From a virus, in UHGV virus genome UHGV-0121884: 40,758 nucleotides of DNA. One strand, written 5' to 3'. Each line of letters opens with the position of its first letter. Position 1 is the first letter of the stretch. The position numbers and the translations under genes were made by a program. Under the pieces are notes generated by a model that was not told the DNA's origin, searched no databases, and saw only the letters and a list, made by a program, of their open reading frames with translations. Of the stretch, positions 17,328 to 28,534 are shown one piece after another.

Positions 17328-17849
17328 ATGAATATCGTTCCACTAAATTACAAAGGCGAACCTATCCGCTTCAATACTGATGGCTGGATTAATGCCACTG
17401 ATATTGCAAAACGTTTCGGGAAGCGTCTGGATCACTGGTTGTCCAACGCTGAAACTCTCGAATACGTTAGAGCTCTGGATGAGGTTTATTCAGGTGAACC
17501 ATCGAAAATTCTACATACCCGTGATTCCGGGTATGTAAAAACAAGCAAGGCACGAAAGGACAGGGGCGGCGGAACATGGCTGCATCCAAAGTTATCAGTT
17601 GCCTTTGCAAGATGGTGCGATCCGAAATTCTCCGTATGGTGCGACCTGCACATTGATAGTCTGCTTCGCGGTGAACTGACTGAGCAGCAGAAATATGAGC
17701 AAGCATGTCGCATTCGCGATGACCGGAAATCAAAAGCCAGCAATGGGGCAAGAGAGATGGCTCGCTGGCGATGGGATAAGCCGGTTATTGAAGCAAATGT
17801 CGAGTACTGGCGTGAGCAACTGCAGTTGACTCTCGATATCGCGTGCTGA
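17328..17849 (+). CDS. KilA-N domain protein
   Basis: N-terminal IRFNTDGWINATDIAKRFGKRLDHWL fits KilA-N DNA-binding domain. Confidence 0.5.
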   Translation: MNIVPLNYKGEPIRFNTDGWINATDIAKRFGKRLDHWLSNAETLEYVRALDEVYSGEPSKILHTRDSGYVKTSKARKDRGGGTWLHPKLSVAFARWCDPKFSVWCDLHIDSLLRGELTEQQKYEQACRIRDDRKSKASNGAREMARWRWDKPVIEANVEYWREQLQLTLDIAC

Positions 17850-18012
17850 TGGCAAACGCAAAACTGCGTTATCGAAAAAAATCAAAGCATTACGAGAACT
17901 GAGCAACGGTTATCCATTACAAAGCCTATCTACGGGTGGGCTTGATAATGGCTTATACCCTACACGGGATAACTTAACTGATATCCCTTTTAACGGATAA
18001 ACGGAGCCAACA

Positions 18013-18255
18013 ATGGCAGAGATTATTCCCATGACTGAAGAACAGAAATTCCAGTTAGAGATTTACAAACTGGTCATGAACCAGAACGCAGCCGCAGAAG
18101 AAGCATTTCAATTCATTGGCACTGACGAGTTGAAGCTTGAGCTATTCAAAATTCACTTCCAGTCAGGCGGCGCTAATTCAGATATCACTACCCGCACTAT
18201 CGAAGCGGTGCGTAAATCGAAGGAAGCGTTATACCTGTTCACCACCGGAGCATAA
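18013..18255 (+). CDS. hypothetical protein (80 aa)
   Basis: GGAG 7 nt upstream; immediately precedes terminase small subunit. Confidence 0.4.
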   Translation: MAEIIPMTEEQKFQLEIYKLVMNQNAAAEEAFQFIGTDELKLELFKIHFQSGGANSDITTRTIEAVRKSKEALYLFTTGA

Positions 18256-18257
18256 AC

Positions 18258-18698
18258 ATGGCGCGCCCAACAAAGTATCAAGAGGCGTATGCCGAACAGG
18301 CACGCAAACTGTGCTTGCTGGGCTACACCGATGCAGAGCTTGCTGATTTCTTCGAAGTCAGTGAGTCAACTATTAACAAGTGGAAGCTTGATTATCCTGA
18401 GTTTTCGGAGTCCATAAAAAAGGGTAAGGCCGTCGCTGATGCAGAAGTTAGTGACCGTCTTTATCAACGCGCTATGGGCTTCGTGGCTCCAGACATCGAT
18501 ATTCGTGTTATTGAAAACAGAATTGTCGAAACTCCGCTTGAGAAGTATTACCCGCCTGATACAACTGCCGCCATCTTCTGGCTTAAGAACCGACAGAAGG
18601 ATAAATGGCGCGACAAGGTTGATCACGAGCTAACAGGCAAAGACGGCGGCGCAATTCAGATTGAAACATCACCGATGAGCACTCTGTTCGGAAAATGA
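18258..18698 (+). CDS. terminase small subunit (Sf6 gp1 type)
   Basis: 146 aa; C-terminus ELTGKDGGAIQIETSPMSTLFGK matches Sf6-type TerS as recalled. Confidence 0.8.
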   Translation: MARPTKYQEAYAEQARKLCLLGYTDAELADFFEVSESTINKWKLDYPEFSESIKKGKAVADAEVSDRLYQRAMGFVAPDIDIRVIENRIVETPLEKYYPPDTTAAIFWLKNRQKDKWRDKVDHELTGKDGGAIQIETSPMSTLFGK

Positions 18699-20110
18699 CC
18701 TCGATTAATCCTATCTTTGAACCGTTCATTGAGGCGCATCGCTACAAAGTCGCCAAAGGCGGTCGAGGTAGCGGTAAATCATGGGCAATTGCGAGGCTGC
18801 TTGTTGAAGCGGCGCGTCGTCAGCCAGTGCGTATTCTTTGCGCTCGTGAACTGCAAAACAGTATCAGCGATTCGGTAATCCGGCTGCTTGAAGACACCAT
18901 CGAGCGTGAAGGATATTCGGCTGAGTTTGAAATTCAGCGTTCAATGATTCGTCATCTCGGAACGAATGCTGAATTCATGTTCTACGGCATCAAAAACAAC
19001 CCGACGAAGATTAAATCGCTCGAAGGTATTGATATCTGCTGGGTGGAAGAAGCGGAAGCGGTAACGAAGGAATCATGGGATATCCTGATACCAACCATCC
19101 GTAAGCCGTTCTCTGAAATATGGGTGAGCTTTAACCCGAAGAACATACTCGACGATACCTATCAGCGATTCGTCGTAAATCCTCCTGATGATATTTGCCT
19201 GTTGACGGTGAACTACACCGACAACCCGCACTTTCCTGAAGTTCTCCGTCTGGAGATGGAAGAGTGTAAACGCAGAAATCCGACACTGTATCGTCACATC
19301 TGGCTTGGTGAGCCAGTGAGCGCAAGTGATATGGCAATTATCAAACGTGAATGGCTTGAAGCCGCAACCGATGCGCACAAGAAACTCGGATGGAAAGCGA
19401 AAGGCGCTGTTGTCTCTGCGCATGACCCATCAGATACAGGGCCAGATGCTAAAGGTTATGCATCGCGTCACGGTTCGGTAGTTAAGCGCATTGCCGAAGG
19501 TCTGCTGATGGACATCAACGAGGGTGCTGACTGGGCTACTTCGCTGGCGATTGAAGACGGCGCTGACCATTACCTGTGGGATGGTGATGGTGTTGGTGCC
19601 GGGCTACGCAGACAGACAACGGAAGCGTTTTCCGGCAAGAAAATCACCGCCACGATGTTCAAGGGCAGCGAATCGCCATTCGATGAAGATGCACCGTATC
19701 AAGCCGGAGCATGGGCTGATGAAGTCGTACAGGGTGACAACGTTCGCACTATTGGCGATGTGTTCCGCAATAAGCGAGCACAATTCTATTACGCGCTGGC
19801 TGACAGGCTGTATCTGACATATCGGGCGGTTGTCTACGGTGAGTATGCAGACCCCGACGACATGCTGAGCTTCGACAAAGAAGCGATAGGCGAGAAGATG
19901 CTGGAGAAGCTGTTTGCAGAATTGACGCAGATTCAGCGCAAATTCAATAACAACGGGAAGCTGGAGCTAATGACTAAGGTCGAAATGAAGCAGAAGCTCG
20001 GTATTCCATCTCCTAACCTGGCTGATGCGCTGATGATGTGTATGCATTGCCCGGAGTCGGCTGCGCAACCCGACTATTCCAGTTACTCAATTCCTTGTGG
20101 TGTAGGTTGA
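18695..20110 (+). CDS. terminase large subunit
   Basis: 471 aa; Walker A VAKGGRGSGKSW; overlaps TerS stop. Confidence 0.9.
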   Translation: MTSINPIFEPFIEAHRYKVAKGGRGSGKSWAIARLLVEAARRQPVRILCARELQNSISDSVIRLLEDTIEREGYSAEFEIQRSMIRHLGTNAEFMFYGIKNNPTKIKSLEGIDICWVEEAEAVTKESWDILIPTIRKPFSEIWVSFNPKNILDDTYQRFVVNPPDDICLLTVNYTDNPHFPEVLRLEMEECKRRNPTLYRHIWLGEPVSASDMAIIKREWLEAATDAHKKLGWKAKGAVVSAHDPSDTGPDAKGYASRHGSVVKRIAEGLLMDINEGADWATSLAIEDGADHYLWDGDGVGAGLRRQTTEAFSGKKITATMFKGSESPFDEDAPYQAGAWADEVVQGDNVRTIGDVFRNKRAQFYYALADRLYLTYRAVVYGEYADPDDMLSFDKEAIGEKMLEKLFAELTQIQRKFNNNGKLELMTKVEMKQKLGIPSPNLADALMMCMHCPESAAQPDYSSYSIPCGVG

Positions 20111-20111
20111 T

Positions 20112-22310
20112 ATGGCAGAAAAAAAGATGACTGACTGGCATCGCAAGGTGCTGTGCAACTTTGATAATGCCTGGTCAGCAACGCAGGATATGCGTGAGCA
20201 GATTATTGAGGCTCAGCGTTTCGTCCGGGTGTCCGGCGCACAGTGGGAAGGCAGCACAAACGCTGGTTACTCATTTGATGAAGGCAGGTTTGAGCATTAT
20301 CCGCGTTTTGAACTGAATAAGATTTCCCGTGAATGTGATCGCATCATTGGCGAGTATCGACAGAATCGCATCAGCGTTAAATTCAGGCCGAAGGATGACA
20401 AGGCATCGGAAGCTTTAGCCGAAAAAATGAACGGCAAATTCCGCGCTGACTATCAGGAAACATCCGGTGGCGAAGCGTGTGATAACGCATTTGATGATGC
20501 CGTAACGGGTGGATTCGGTTGTTTCCGCATGTGTGCCGATTACGAAGATGAAATGGATCCGAGTAACGAGCAGCGCCGCATCAGCCTTCTTCCTGTTTAC
20601 GACCCAGCGACATGCGTCTTCTTTGATCAGGACAGCAAGCAATATGACCGCTCTGATGCTATGTGGGCTATGGAAATGTTCTCCATGACGCCTAAAGCGT
20701 TCGAGGCTGAATACCCTGATTCCATCGCGGCAAGCCTTTCTCGTGATGACACTGGCACTCAATATGACTGGTCAACGCCAGATGCCATCTATGTTGGACG
20801 TTACTACGAAGTCCGCATAGAGAAGGTGAAGCTCACGGCGTGGCGCAACCCTGTTAGCGGAGAAACGGCAATCTATGATGAAGATCAAATCAAAGATATT
20901 GTCGACGAGCTAACCGATGGCGCATTCGAACTGATTGGTGAGCGAACGGTGAAGAAACGCCGCGTTTATTGCGGCCTTCTGTCTGGCGCTGAATGGCTGG
21001 AAGAACCGAAGCGTATTCCGGGCGAACATATTCCTCTCATCCCGGTATATGGGCGTCGTTCATTTGTTGATAATCAGGAGCGAATCGAAGGCCACGCAGC
21101 AAAAGCGATGGATGCACAGCGTCTTGAGAACCTGATGGTTTCCATGATTGCAGATAACGCTACTCAGGCTGGCGGTGATGGCATTCCTGTAGTTGATGTT
21201 GACATGATTCCTGGTCCTCTTGCCACTCATTGGGCGGAGCGCAACAAAAAGCGCCCGGCGTTCCTGCCGATGGTCAGTCTGAAAAACAAAAACGGAGATA
21301 TTACTGCGCAGGCTCAGGTCAGCAGTTATACACCTCCGACACAAATGCCTCCAGCTCTTGCCGGGCTATTGCAGTACACCGGAACGGCTATTCAGCAAAT
21401 TACAGGTGCGTCGCAGTTTGAGAACATGCCGAGCAACGTCGCCACCGATACCGTTGATAGCATCTTTAACCGGATGGACACGCAGTCCTATATCTACATG
21501 GACAACATGGCTAAATCCATGCGCCGCGCTGGCGTTGTGTGGCTTTCTATGGCGCGTGAGGTCTATGGCAGTGATACGCCGATGCGTATCGTTAATGAGG
21601 ACGGCAGCGATGACGTGGCGCTGATGACTGGTGAAGTGGTTGACCGTCAGACAGGGCAGGTTATCGCGCTTAATGACCTTTCGCAGGGCAACTATGAAGT
21701 GACTGTCGATGTCGGTCAGTCGTTCGCTACTCGCCGTGATGCAACGGTTAAGTCGTTACTTTCCATGCTGGCACTTATCCCACCAGGAACGCAGAAGCAC
21801 GACCTTGTATCGTCGATGATTCTCGACAATATGGACGGCGAAGGGATGGACGACCTTAAAGAATACAACCGCAATCAGTTGCTTCTGTCTGGCGTTATCA
21901 AGCCGAGAACGCCTGAAGAACAGCAGATGGTTGAACAGGCGAAACAACAACAGGCCAGTCAGCCAGATCCGGCTATGGTTGCAGCGCAAGGTCAACTTCT
22001 TGCTGGTCAGGCTGAATTGCAGAAAGCGCAGAACGAACAGGCAGCTATTCAGGTTAAAGCATTCCAGGCACAGACGGATGCTCAGGTTGCTGCGGCAAAT
22101 GTTGTGAAAATCCTCGCATCTGCCGATAGCCAGCAGAAATCTGATATCCGCGAGGCTCTGAAACTGCTCGGACAGTTCCAGCAACAGCAAGGAGATAACG
22201 CCCGTGCTGATGCAGAGCTTGTCCTGAAAAGTCAGGCACAGGGCCATGCACAACGAATGGACATCAGCAGCATCCTGCAAAAATCAACCCAGCAACAACC
22301 ACAGCAGTAA
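20112..22310 (+). CDS. portal protein (P22 gp1 type)
   Basis: 732 aa; Q-rich C-terminal helical barrel region typical of P22-like portals. Confidence 0.9.
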   Translation: MAEKKMTDWHRKVLCNFDNAWSATQDMREQIIEAQRFVRVSGAQWEGSTNAGYSFDEGRFEHYPRFELNKISRECDRIIGEYRQNRISVKFRPKDDKASEALAEKMNGKFRADYQETSGGEACDNAFDDAVTGGFGCFRMCADYEDEMDPSNEQRRISLLPVYDPATCVFFDQDSKQYDRSDAMWAMEMFSMTPKAFEAEYPDSIAASLSRDDTGTQYDWSTPDAIYVGRYYEVRIEKVKLTAWRNPVSGETAIYDEDQIKDIVDELTDGAFELIGERTVKKRRVYCGLLSGAEWLEEPKRIPGEHIPLIPVYGRRSFVDNQERIEGHAAKAMDAQRLENLMVSMIADNATQAGGDGIPVVDVDMIPGPLATHWAERNKKRPAFLPMVSLKNKNGDITAQAQVSSYTPPTQMPPALAGLLQYTGTAIQQITGASQFENMPSNVATDTVDSIFNRMDTQSYIYMDNMAKSMRRAGVVWLSMAREVYGSDTPMRIVNEDGSDDVALMTGEVVDRQTGQVIALNDLSQGNYEVTVDVGQSFATRRDATVKSLLSMLALIPPGTQKHDLVSSMILDNMDGEGMDDLKEYNRNQLLLSGVIKPRTPEEQQMVEQAKQQQASQPDPAMVAAQGQLLAGQAELQKAQNEQAAIQVKAFQAQTDAQVAAANVVKILASADSQQKSDIREALKLLGQFQQQQGDNARADAELVLKSQAQGHAQRMDISSILQKSTQQQPQQ

Positions 22311-22400
22311 TTAACCAATAACGTGCAATGGCTGTCTTTATGAGGCCTGGCACCCTATTGCCTTCCGATGGGCTGAACATCGAGTAAACAGGGGTAACAA

Positions 22401-23297
22401 ATGGACCAGATGGCAGAAAACACACCAGAAGTTGAAATAGAAACCGATACATCAGAGCAGATTCCTGATGATGTCGAACTGGCTGAAGAAGTCGAAACAG
22501 AAGATGGCAGTGAGTCCTCCGGCAATGATGCAGAGGAAGCTACTGAAACTGATGACGACGAATCAGAACAGGAATTCTACTTTGGTGACGAAAAGCTGGA
22601 TTCGCCAACCAGCGAAGATGGCGCTGAGCATGGACTGGTAAAACACCTGCGCAAGACGATTAAAGAGAAAGACCGCGAGCTGAAAGAGCTGATGCGTCAG
22701 TCCCAGAAACCCGTCGAGCAGCAGCCGGTAATCACTCAACCACCGCGAATGCCAAAACTGGATGATGAGGACATCGGTTTCGATGAAGAAATCTACCAGC
22801 AACGCATGGCTAAGTGGGCGGAGGACAACGGCAAATACCAGGAGCAAGTACGAGAGCGGAAACGAGAGGAAGAGGCGCGTACCGCAACGCTTCAGCAGAA
22901 AGCAGCCAATTACATGCATAGAGTAAAAGCACTGAAAGTGGCTGGTTACCAGGATGCAGAGCAGGCTGTACGCGAAGATGTTCCTGTTCACATTCAGGAC
23001 ATGATCCTTCTTGAGTCAGAGAAGCCGGAAATCGTTGTTCTGGCACTCGGTCGCAACGCTGAACTGCGCAAGCAACTGGCAGAAGCTACCAACCCCGTAG
23101 CAATTGGTCGTCTGCTGGAACGTATCGAATCGAAGGCCAGAATCATGCCAAAAGCAAAAACCACGGCAGCCACAACCCCGACAGTTAAGGGGAGCAACGG
23201 CGCAGTAATCAATAACCTCGACAAACTTCTCGAAAAAGCGCGCGACACCGGTGATTACACCGAATACCGGGCGGCGAAGAACAAAGCTAAAAAATAA
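22401..23297 (+). CDS. scaffolding protein (P22 gp8 type)
   Basis: 298 aa, acidic N-terminus, helical, basic C-terminal coat-binding end; between portal and coat. Confidence 0.75.
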   Translation: MDQMAENTPEVEIETDTSEQIPDDVELAEEVETEDGSESSGNDAEEATETDDDESEQEFYFGDEKLDSPTSEDGAEHGLVKHLRKTIKEKDRELKELMRQSQKPVEQQPVITQPPRMPKLDDEDIGFDEEIYQQRMAKWAEDNGKYQEQVRERKREEEARTATLQQKAANYMHRVKALKVAGYQDAEQAVREDVPVHIQDMILLESEKPEIVVLALGRNAELRKQLAEATNPVAIGRLLERIESKARIMPKAKTTAATTPTVKGSNGAVINNLDKLLEKARDTGDYTEYRAAKNKAKK

Positions 23298-23317
23298 TCC
23301 ATCGGAGCTAAATACCT

Positions 23318-24577
23318 ATGTCTAACCAGTTAACAAAAGACCTCGAAATCCTCTTTGAGAGCGTCATTGATAGTTTTGAGGCGTCCAATGTCGTTTCCCG
23401 CGAGTGCAGCAAGTTCCGACCGGGCGACATTGAAATGCAGCGCGCTGGCGACGTTGTTTATCGCCCTCAGGGCTACCACCTGAAAACCGTGAGCGGACTT
23501 GATCTGACTTCGGCCACTGCAAACTCACTCGTTCAGCGTCAGGTGCCTGCTCGCTTCCGCGAGCCAGAGAACGTCATCTACGAACTGGACGCAAAAGAAA
23601 TGCGCGATCCGTGGCACAAAGAGCAGGCTGGCAAGGCGGCGGGTCGCCAGTTGGCGGCGTGGGTTGATAACATGATCGTCGATGAGGTGGTCGCTCGCTC
23701 CACCAACGTGGTCACCATTAAATCGGCGTCCACCGGTAGCACTCTCGGCGAAGAACTCTGGAACGCATCGGCTGACGTTGATGCAATGATGCTGTCCATT
23801 GGTGTGCCTCAGGGTGGTCAGCGCAAGGCGTTCTACAACCCGTTCAACTACAAAGACCTGGCTAAGGAGCTTGGCTCTCGCGCATATGCGGTCGGTGCAA
23901 CTCTGACAGCCTATGAGAAAGCTCAGATTCCACCTGTGGCATCCTTCGACAGTTTCCGCGTTGATTATGCTGGCGCAATGAAGGCTGGTTCAGCTACCGC
24001 TGTAACTCTCGGCGGCGCAGTAAAACACAAAGTTACCGCGATGGATTCCAACGGCGCGCCTACCGATAACCGCCAGGGTGACATCACCGTATCCACTGCT
24101 GGCGTACTGGCTGTCGGCGATGCATTCACTATCGCAGGCGTTAACAGTGTCCACATGATCAAGAAGGTGGATACAGGTAAGCCGCAGGTATTCCGCGTCC
24201 TGGCAGTAAATGGCACTACCGTTACCATCAGCCCGAAAATTCTGCCACCAGACAACGCGGATAAGGCGTCTATTCCTTACCAGAACGTTACCGCCAATCC
24301 GGTGGCAAACGCGGCGATCACCATCCTCAACAAGAAGGCTGCGGCTTCCAACATCTTCTTCGCTGAGGGTTCTGTTGAGCTGATGTATGGCAAGTTGGCA
24401 TTCCCTACCGGCCAGGGTCCGCAGGTTATGACCGCAACGACCGAGCAGGGTGCGACCATCATCATGGCTTACCAATTCGACGCTAAATCTGGCAAAACGT
24501 GGACTCGCTTCACCACGCTGGCTGGCGCAAGCGTACTGGTCCCGGAATTCACCGGCCTGGTATTGGCTAACCAGTAA
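23318..24577 (+). CDS. major coat protein (P22 gp5 type)
   Basis: 419 aa; GGAG SD; followed by strong terminator. Confidence 0.85.
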   Translation: MSNQLTKDLEILFESVIDSFEASNVVSRECSKFRPGDIEMQRAGDVVYRPQGYHLKTVSGLDLTSATANSLVQRQVPARFREPENVIYELDAKEMRDPWHKEQAGKAAGRQLAAWVDNMIVDEVVARSTNVVTIKSASTGSTLGEELWNASADVDAMMLSIGVPQGGQRKAFYNPFNYKDLAKELGSRAYAVGATLTAYEKAQIPPVASFDSFRVDYAGAMKAGSATAVTLGGAVKHKVTAMDSNGAPTDNRQGDITVSTAGVLAVGDAFTIAGVNSVHMIKKVDTGKPQVFRVLAVNGTTVTISPKILPPDNADKASIPYQNVTANPVANAAITILNKKAAASNIFFAEGSVELMYGKLAFPTGQGPQVMTATTEQGATIIMAYQFDAKSGKTWTRFTTLAGASVLVPEFTGLVLANQ

Positions 24578-24580
24578 TCC

Positions 24581-24607
24581 AAGGGGCTTCGGCCCCTCTT
24601 TTTTTTT
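24581..24607 (+). terminator. rho-independent terminator after coat gene
   Basis: GGGGC-TTCG-GCCCC followed by T9. Confidence 0.6.
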
Positions 24608-24617
24608 GGAGATCGAA

Positions 24618-24806
24618 ATGTCTCAAATCATGCTTTATAAGCCGGGATCGATGATCACCTGCGGCCCCCACTCGCTGGATTACATCATCGTTGATGACGA
24701 AGAAGTTAAATCTCACCTGAAAAAAGGCTGGGTAAAAACTCCTGAAGAAACCGCAACGAAGCAAAAAGTGGCTAAGGCGGAAGAAGATGGCGAAAACGAA
24801 GGGTGA
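24618..24806 (+). CDS. small hypothetical protein (62 aa)
   Basis: ATG 24618 with GGAGAT upstream; overlaps gp4 start. Confidence 0.35.
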   Translation: MSQIMLYKPGSMITCGPHSLDYIIVDDEEVKSHLKKGWVKTPEETATKQKVAKAEEDGENEG

Positions 24807-25248
24807 TCTCGTTCTAAAGGCTTTACGAAAAGCCGGGCTGTATTCCAATGCCACGTTGACAGATGCTGACCCTCAGGCAATTGAAGATGCCATTAATGAC
24901 CTCGAAGACATGATGGCAGCATGGCAGGCTAAAGGTATCGAGCTTGGATATCAGTTTGCTGATACAGAAAACGGCATCATGCCGTTACCTGACGATGATT
25001 CAGGTATCCCTGCATGGGCAAATGATGGCGTCGCTTTGAAACTCGCTGTGCAAGTGTGCATGGATAACGTCATTCAGCCGTCAGACGCTCTCCTTACCGC
25101 TGCTGACAGTGCATATCAAACAATCTGTATCGCTTTAACCAAAATACCACCACTTGAGCGGCGAAATGATATGCCTCGCGGGGCGGGGTTAAAAAGCGCG
25201 TTTACGTGGAATCGGTTTTACATCGAGAAAGATGATCCGAGTACGTGA
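24787..25248 (+). CDS. tail accessory / head-completion protein gp4
   Basis: 153 aa; KTKGDLVLKALRKAGLYSNATLTDADPQ resembles P22 gp4 N-terminus. Confidence 0.7.
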   Translation: MAKTKGDLVLKALRKAGLYSNATLTDADPQAIEDAINDLEDMMAAWQAKGIELGYQFADTENGIMPLPDDDSGIPAWANDGVALKLAVQVCMDNVIQPSDALLTAADSAYQTICIALTKIPPLERRNDMPRGAGLKSAFTWNRFYIEKDDPST

Positions 25249-25257
25249 GGTGAATAA

Positions 25258-26676
25258 ATGCCGATTCAGCAACTTCCGCTTATGAAAGGTGTCGGCAAAG
25301 ACTTTCGAAACGCCGACTATATCGACTATCTGCCAGTGAATATGCTGGCTACGCCCAAAGAAATACTCAACAGCAGCGGATATCTTCGCTCATTCCCGGG
25401 CATTGCCAAACGTTCTGATGTGAACGGCGTATCGCGGGGCGTCGAGTACAACATGGCGCAGAATGCTGTTTATCGCGTATGTGGTGGTAAGCTGTACAAA
25501 GGAGAAAGTGAAGTCGGTGACGTCGCCGGAAGTGGTCGCGTATCAATGGCGCATGGTCGAACATCTCAGGCTGTAGGCGTTAATGGTCAACTGGTCGAGT
25601 ATCGCTATGATGGTACGGTTAAAACCGTCTCAAACTGGCCTACAGACAGCGGATTCACGCAGTATGAGTTAGGCTCAGTCCGCGACATTACGCGATTACG
25701 TGGGCGTTATGCGTGGTCAAAAGACGGTACTGATTCATGGTTTATCACTGACCTTGAAGACGAATCTCATCCTGACCGCTACAGCGCACAATATCGCGCA
25801 GAATCGCAGCCGGACGGCATCATCGGCATCGGAACATGGCGAGACTTCATCGTCTGCTTTGGCTCATCGACGATTGAATATTTCTCCCTGACGGGCGCAA
25901 CCATTGTTGGTGCCGCTTTGTATGTCGCCCAGCCATCGCTGATGGTGCAGAAAGGCATCGCCGGAACCTACTGCAAAACGCCGTTTGCTGATTCGTATGC
26001 GTTCATCAGCAATCCGGCAACAGGTGCGCCGTCTGTGTACATCATCGGCTCCGGTCAGGTGTCACCAATCGCCAGCGCGAGCATTGAGAAAATCCTCCGC
26101 TCCTACACTGCTGATGAACTGGCTGATGGCGTGATGGAATCGTTGCGCTTTGATGCTCATGAGTTGCTGATTATCCACCTTCCGCGCCATGTTCTCGTGT
26201 ACGACGCATCTTCAAGCGCCAATGGTCCGCAATGGTGTGTGCTGAAAACAGGCTTGTATGACGATGTGTACCGCGCTATCGACTTCATTTACGAAGGCAA
26301 TCAGATAACGTGCGGAGATAAGCTGGAATCGGTTATCGGCAAATTGCAGTTCGATATCAGCAGCCAGTATGGGCTACAGCAAGAACACCTGTTGTTTACA
26401 CCACTCTTCAAAGCTGAGAACGCCAGATGTTTTGATCTGGAAGTTGAATCATCGACTGGTGTCGCTCAGTACGCTGACCGCCTGTTCCTCTCTGCAACCA
26501 CTGACGGCATCAATTGGGGAAAAGAGCAGATGATTGAGCAGAATGAACCGTTCGTTTACGACAAACGCGTTTTGTGGAAGCGAGTAGGGCGCATCAGGAA
26601 AAATGTCGGCTTCAAATTGCGCGTTATCACGAAGTCACCTGTCACTCTGTCTGGCGCTCAGATAAGGATCGAGTAA
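25258..26676 (+). CDS. tail hub protein gp10
   Basis: 472 aa, same length and position as P22 gp10. Confidence 0.8.
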   Translation: MPIQQLPLMKGVGKDFRNADYIDYLPVNMLATPKEILNSSGYLRSFPGIAKRSDVNGVSRGVEYNMAQNAVYRVCGGKLYKGESEVGDVAGSGRVSMAHGRTSQAVGVNGQLVEYRYDGTVKTVSNWPTDSGFTQYELGSVRDITRLRGRYAWSKDGTDSWFITDLEDESHPDRYSAQYRAESQPDGIIGIGTWRDFIVCFGSSTIEYFSLTGATIVGAALYVAQPSLMVQKGIAGTYCKTPFADSYAFISNPATGAPSVYIIGSGQVSPIASASIEKILRSYTADELADGVMESLRFDAHELLIIHLPRHVLVYDASSSANGPQWCVLKTGLYDDVYRAIDFIYEGNQITCGDKLESVIGKLQFDISSQYGLQQEHLLFTPLFKAENARCFDLEVESSTGVAQYADRLFLSATTDGINWGKEQMIEQNEPFVYDKRVLWKRVGRIRKNVGFKLRVITKSPVTLSGAQIRIE

Positions 26677-27377
26677 TGGCTGATTCGAATCTCAACACCC
26701 CTGTTATTGTGCAGGCGACGCGGCTCGATACATCAATCCTTCCACGCAATATATTCAGCCAGTCTTACCTGCTGTATGTCATTAATCAGGGGGCTGATGT
26801 CGGCGCAATTGCCGGGAAGGCAAATCAGGCTGGTCAGGGCGCTTACGATGCTCAGGTGAAAAACGATGAACAGGACGTCGAACTGGCAGATCACGATTCA
26901 AGAATCACCGCAAACACAAAAGCGATAAATCTCCTTGAGGTCAGGTTAACAACCGCCGAAGGGAAGATAGTCGTACTGCGTAGCGATGTTGATTACTTGC
27001 TGGATGAGGTTATCGATATTCAGGCGCATCTGGTCACTGTTGACAAAAGACTGGATGGCGTAGAAAGCGATGTATCTGACATTAAGAGTGATTACGTATC
27101 GAAAACCGTAACCAAATTGCAGTCTCTTGCGTCACCGCTGGATGTAAAAACATCATATTCAGTTGATGGAATTCAGGTTGTTGGAGCAAGAAATACCGGA
27201 TGGACTGCAGCCACAGGTACACCTCTTCTTGGCTCATTCAACGCTAACCAGTCATACACGGTCGGCACTACGTACACACAATCCGAAGTCGCAGCTCTCG
27301 CTACAGGTTTGCAGCAGGCGCGGCAGCGTATTCTGGCGCTTGAAACGGCACTTAGATTACATGGGCTGATTGACTGA
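26676..27377 (+). CDS. tail needle protein gp26
   Basis: 233 aa from ATG 26676 (TAATG overlap with gp10); [25 protein letters not shown]...[13 protein letters not shown] closely matches P22 gp26; ORF-track upstream start judged spurious. Confidence 0.85.
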   Translation: MADSNLNTPVIVQATRLDTSILPRNIFSQSYLLYVINQGADVGAIAGKANQAGQGAYDAQVKNDEQDVELADHDSRITANTKAINLLEVRLTTAEGKIVVLRSDVDYLLDEVIDIQAHLVTVDKRLDGVESDVSDIKSDYVSKTVTKLQSLASPLDVKTSYSVDGIQVVGARNTGWTAATGTPLLGSFNANQSYTVGTTYTQSEVAALATGLQQARQRILALETALRLHGLID

Positions 27378-27832
27378 TGATTACATTCAAACCAACGCGA
27401 AACATCGACCTGATCGAAGCAGTAGGAAATCACCCTGACATTATTGCCGGGAGCAACAACGGTGATGGATACGACTACAAGCCTGAATGCCGTTACTTTG
27501 AGGTTAACGTGCACGGTCAGTTTGGCGGCATTGTTTACTATCAGGAGATTCAGCCGCTTACATTCGATTGCCACGCCATGTACCTGCCAGAGGTTCGCGG
27601 ATTCAGCAAGGAAATCGGGCTGGCGTTCTGGCGATACATTCTGACTAACACCACCGTTCAGTGCGTCACATCGTTCGCTGCACGCAAATTCCGCCACGGG
27701 CAGATGTACTGCGCAATGATTGGCCTTAAGCGTGTCGGAACCATCAAGAAATACTTCAAGGGCGTGGATGACGTGACGTTTTACAGCGCCACACGTGAAG
27801 AACTAATCGACTTCCTGAATCACGGGAGATAG
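27377..27832 (+). CDS. gp14-like head/tail assembly protein
   Basis: 151 aa in the gp14 position between gp26 and gp7. Confidence 0.55.
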   Translation: MITFKPTRNIDLIEAVGNHPDIIAGSNNGDGYDYKPECRYFEVNVHGQFGGIVYYQEIQPLTFDCHAMYLPEVRGFSKEIGLAFWRYILTNTTVQCVTSFAARKFRHGQMYCAMIGLKRVGTIKKYFKGVDDVTFYSATREELIDFLNHGR

Positions 27833-27834
27833 CC

Positions 27835-28524
27835 ATGTTATATGCATTTAAGCTGGGCAGAAAACTGCGCGGCGAGGAACCTTATTGCCCTGAAAAAGGC
27901 GGGAAAGGTGGCTCTGATAAAAGTGCAAAGTATGCCGCAGAAGCTCAGAAGTATGCCGCAGACCTGCAAAATCAGCAGTTCAATACCATCATGAACAACC
28001 TGAAGCCGTTTACTCCTCTGGCTGGGAAGTATGTCGGCAGCCTTGAGAACTTATCGTCTCTGGAAGGGCAAGGTCAGGCACTTAACCAGTATTACAACTC
28101 TCAGCAGTACAAAGATCTTGCTGGTCAGGCTCGCTATCAGAGTCTGGCGGCAGCGGAAGCAACAGGTGGATTGGGTTCCACCGCAACCAGTAATCAGTTA
28201 GCAACAATCGCACCAACGCTTGGTCAGCAATGGCTGTCTGGACAAATGAACAATTACAACAACCTGGCAAATATCGGTCTTGGCGCTCTTCAGGGGCAGG
28301 CAAACGCCGGGCAGACATATGCCAACAACATGAGCCAGATTTCACAGCAAAGCGCGGCTCTTGCAGCGGCAAACGCCAACCGACCGTCAGCATTGCGGCA
28401 GGGTGTTAGTGGTGCTGCATCCGGTGCGCTTTTGGGTGGTGGCATAGCCAGTGCTCTCGAGCTATCAACTCCGTGGGGTGCTGGTATCGGTGCTGGTCTT
28501 GGTCTGCTTGGCTCGTTGTTTTAA
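27835..28524 (+). CDS. ejection protein gp7
   Basis: 229 aa (same as P22 gp7); Gly/Ala-rich C-terminal region. Confidence 0.7.
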   Translation: MLYAFKLGRKLRGEEPYCPEKGGKGGSDKSAKYAAEAQKYAADLQNQQFNTIMNNLKPFTPLAGKYVGSLENLSSLEGQGQALNQYYNSQQYKDLAGQARYQSLAAAEATGGLGSTATSNQLATIAPTLGQQWLSGQMNNYNNLANIGLGALQGQANAGQTYANNMSQISQQSAALAAANANRPSALRQGVSGAASGALLGGGIASALELSTPWGAGIGAGLGLLGSLF

Positions 28525-28534
28525 GGGGTAATCA

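Noticed and set aside
20415-22280. Antisense ORFs inside the portal gene (20415-20762, 21060-21344, 21756-22280, 22054-22251)
   Set aside because: They lie entirely within a long, well-supported portal ORF on the opposite strand and have no RBS or family resemblance; likely open frames by chance in Gln/Ala-rich coding sequence.
23578-24475. Antisense ORFs inside the coat gene (23578-23799, 23965-24255, 23990-24475, 24277-24465)
   Set aside because: Embedded in the strongly supported coat protein gene; composition-driven open frames.
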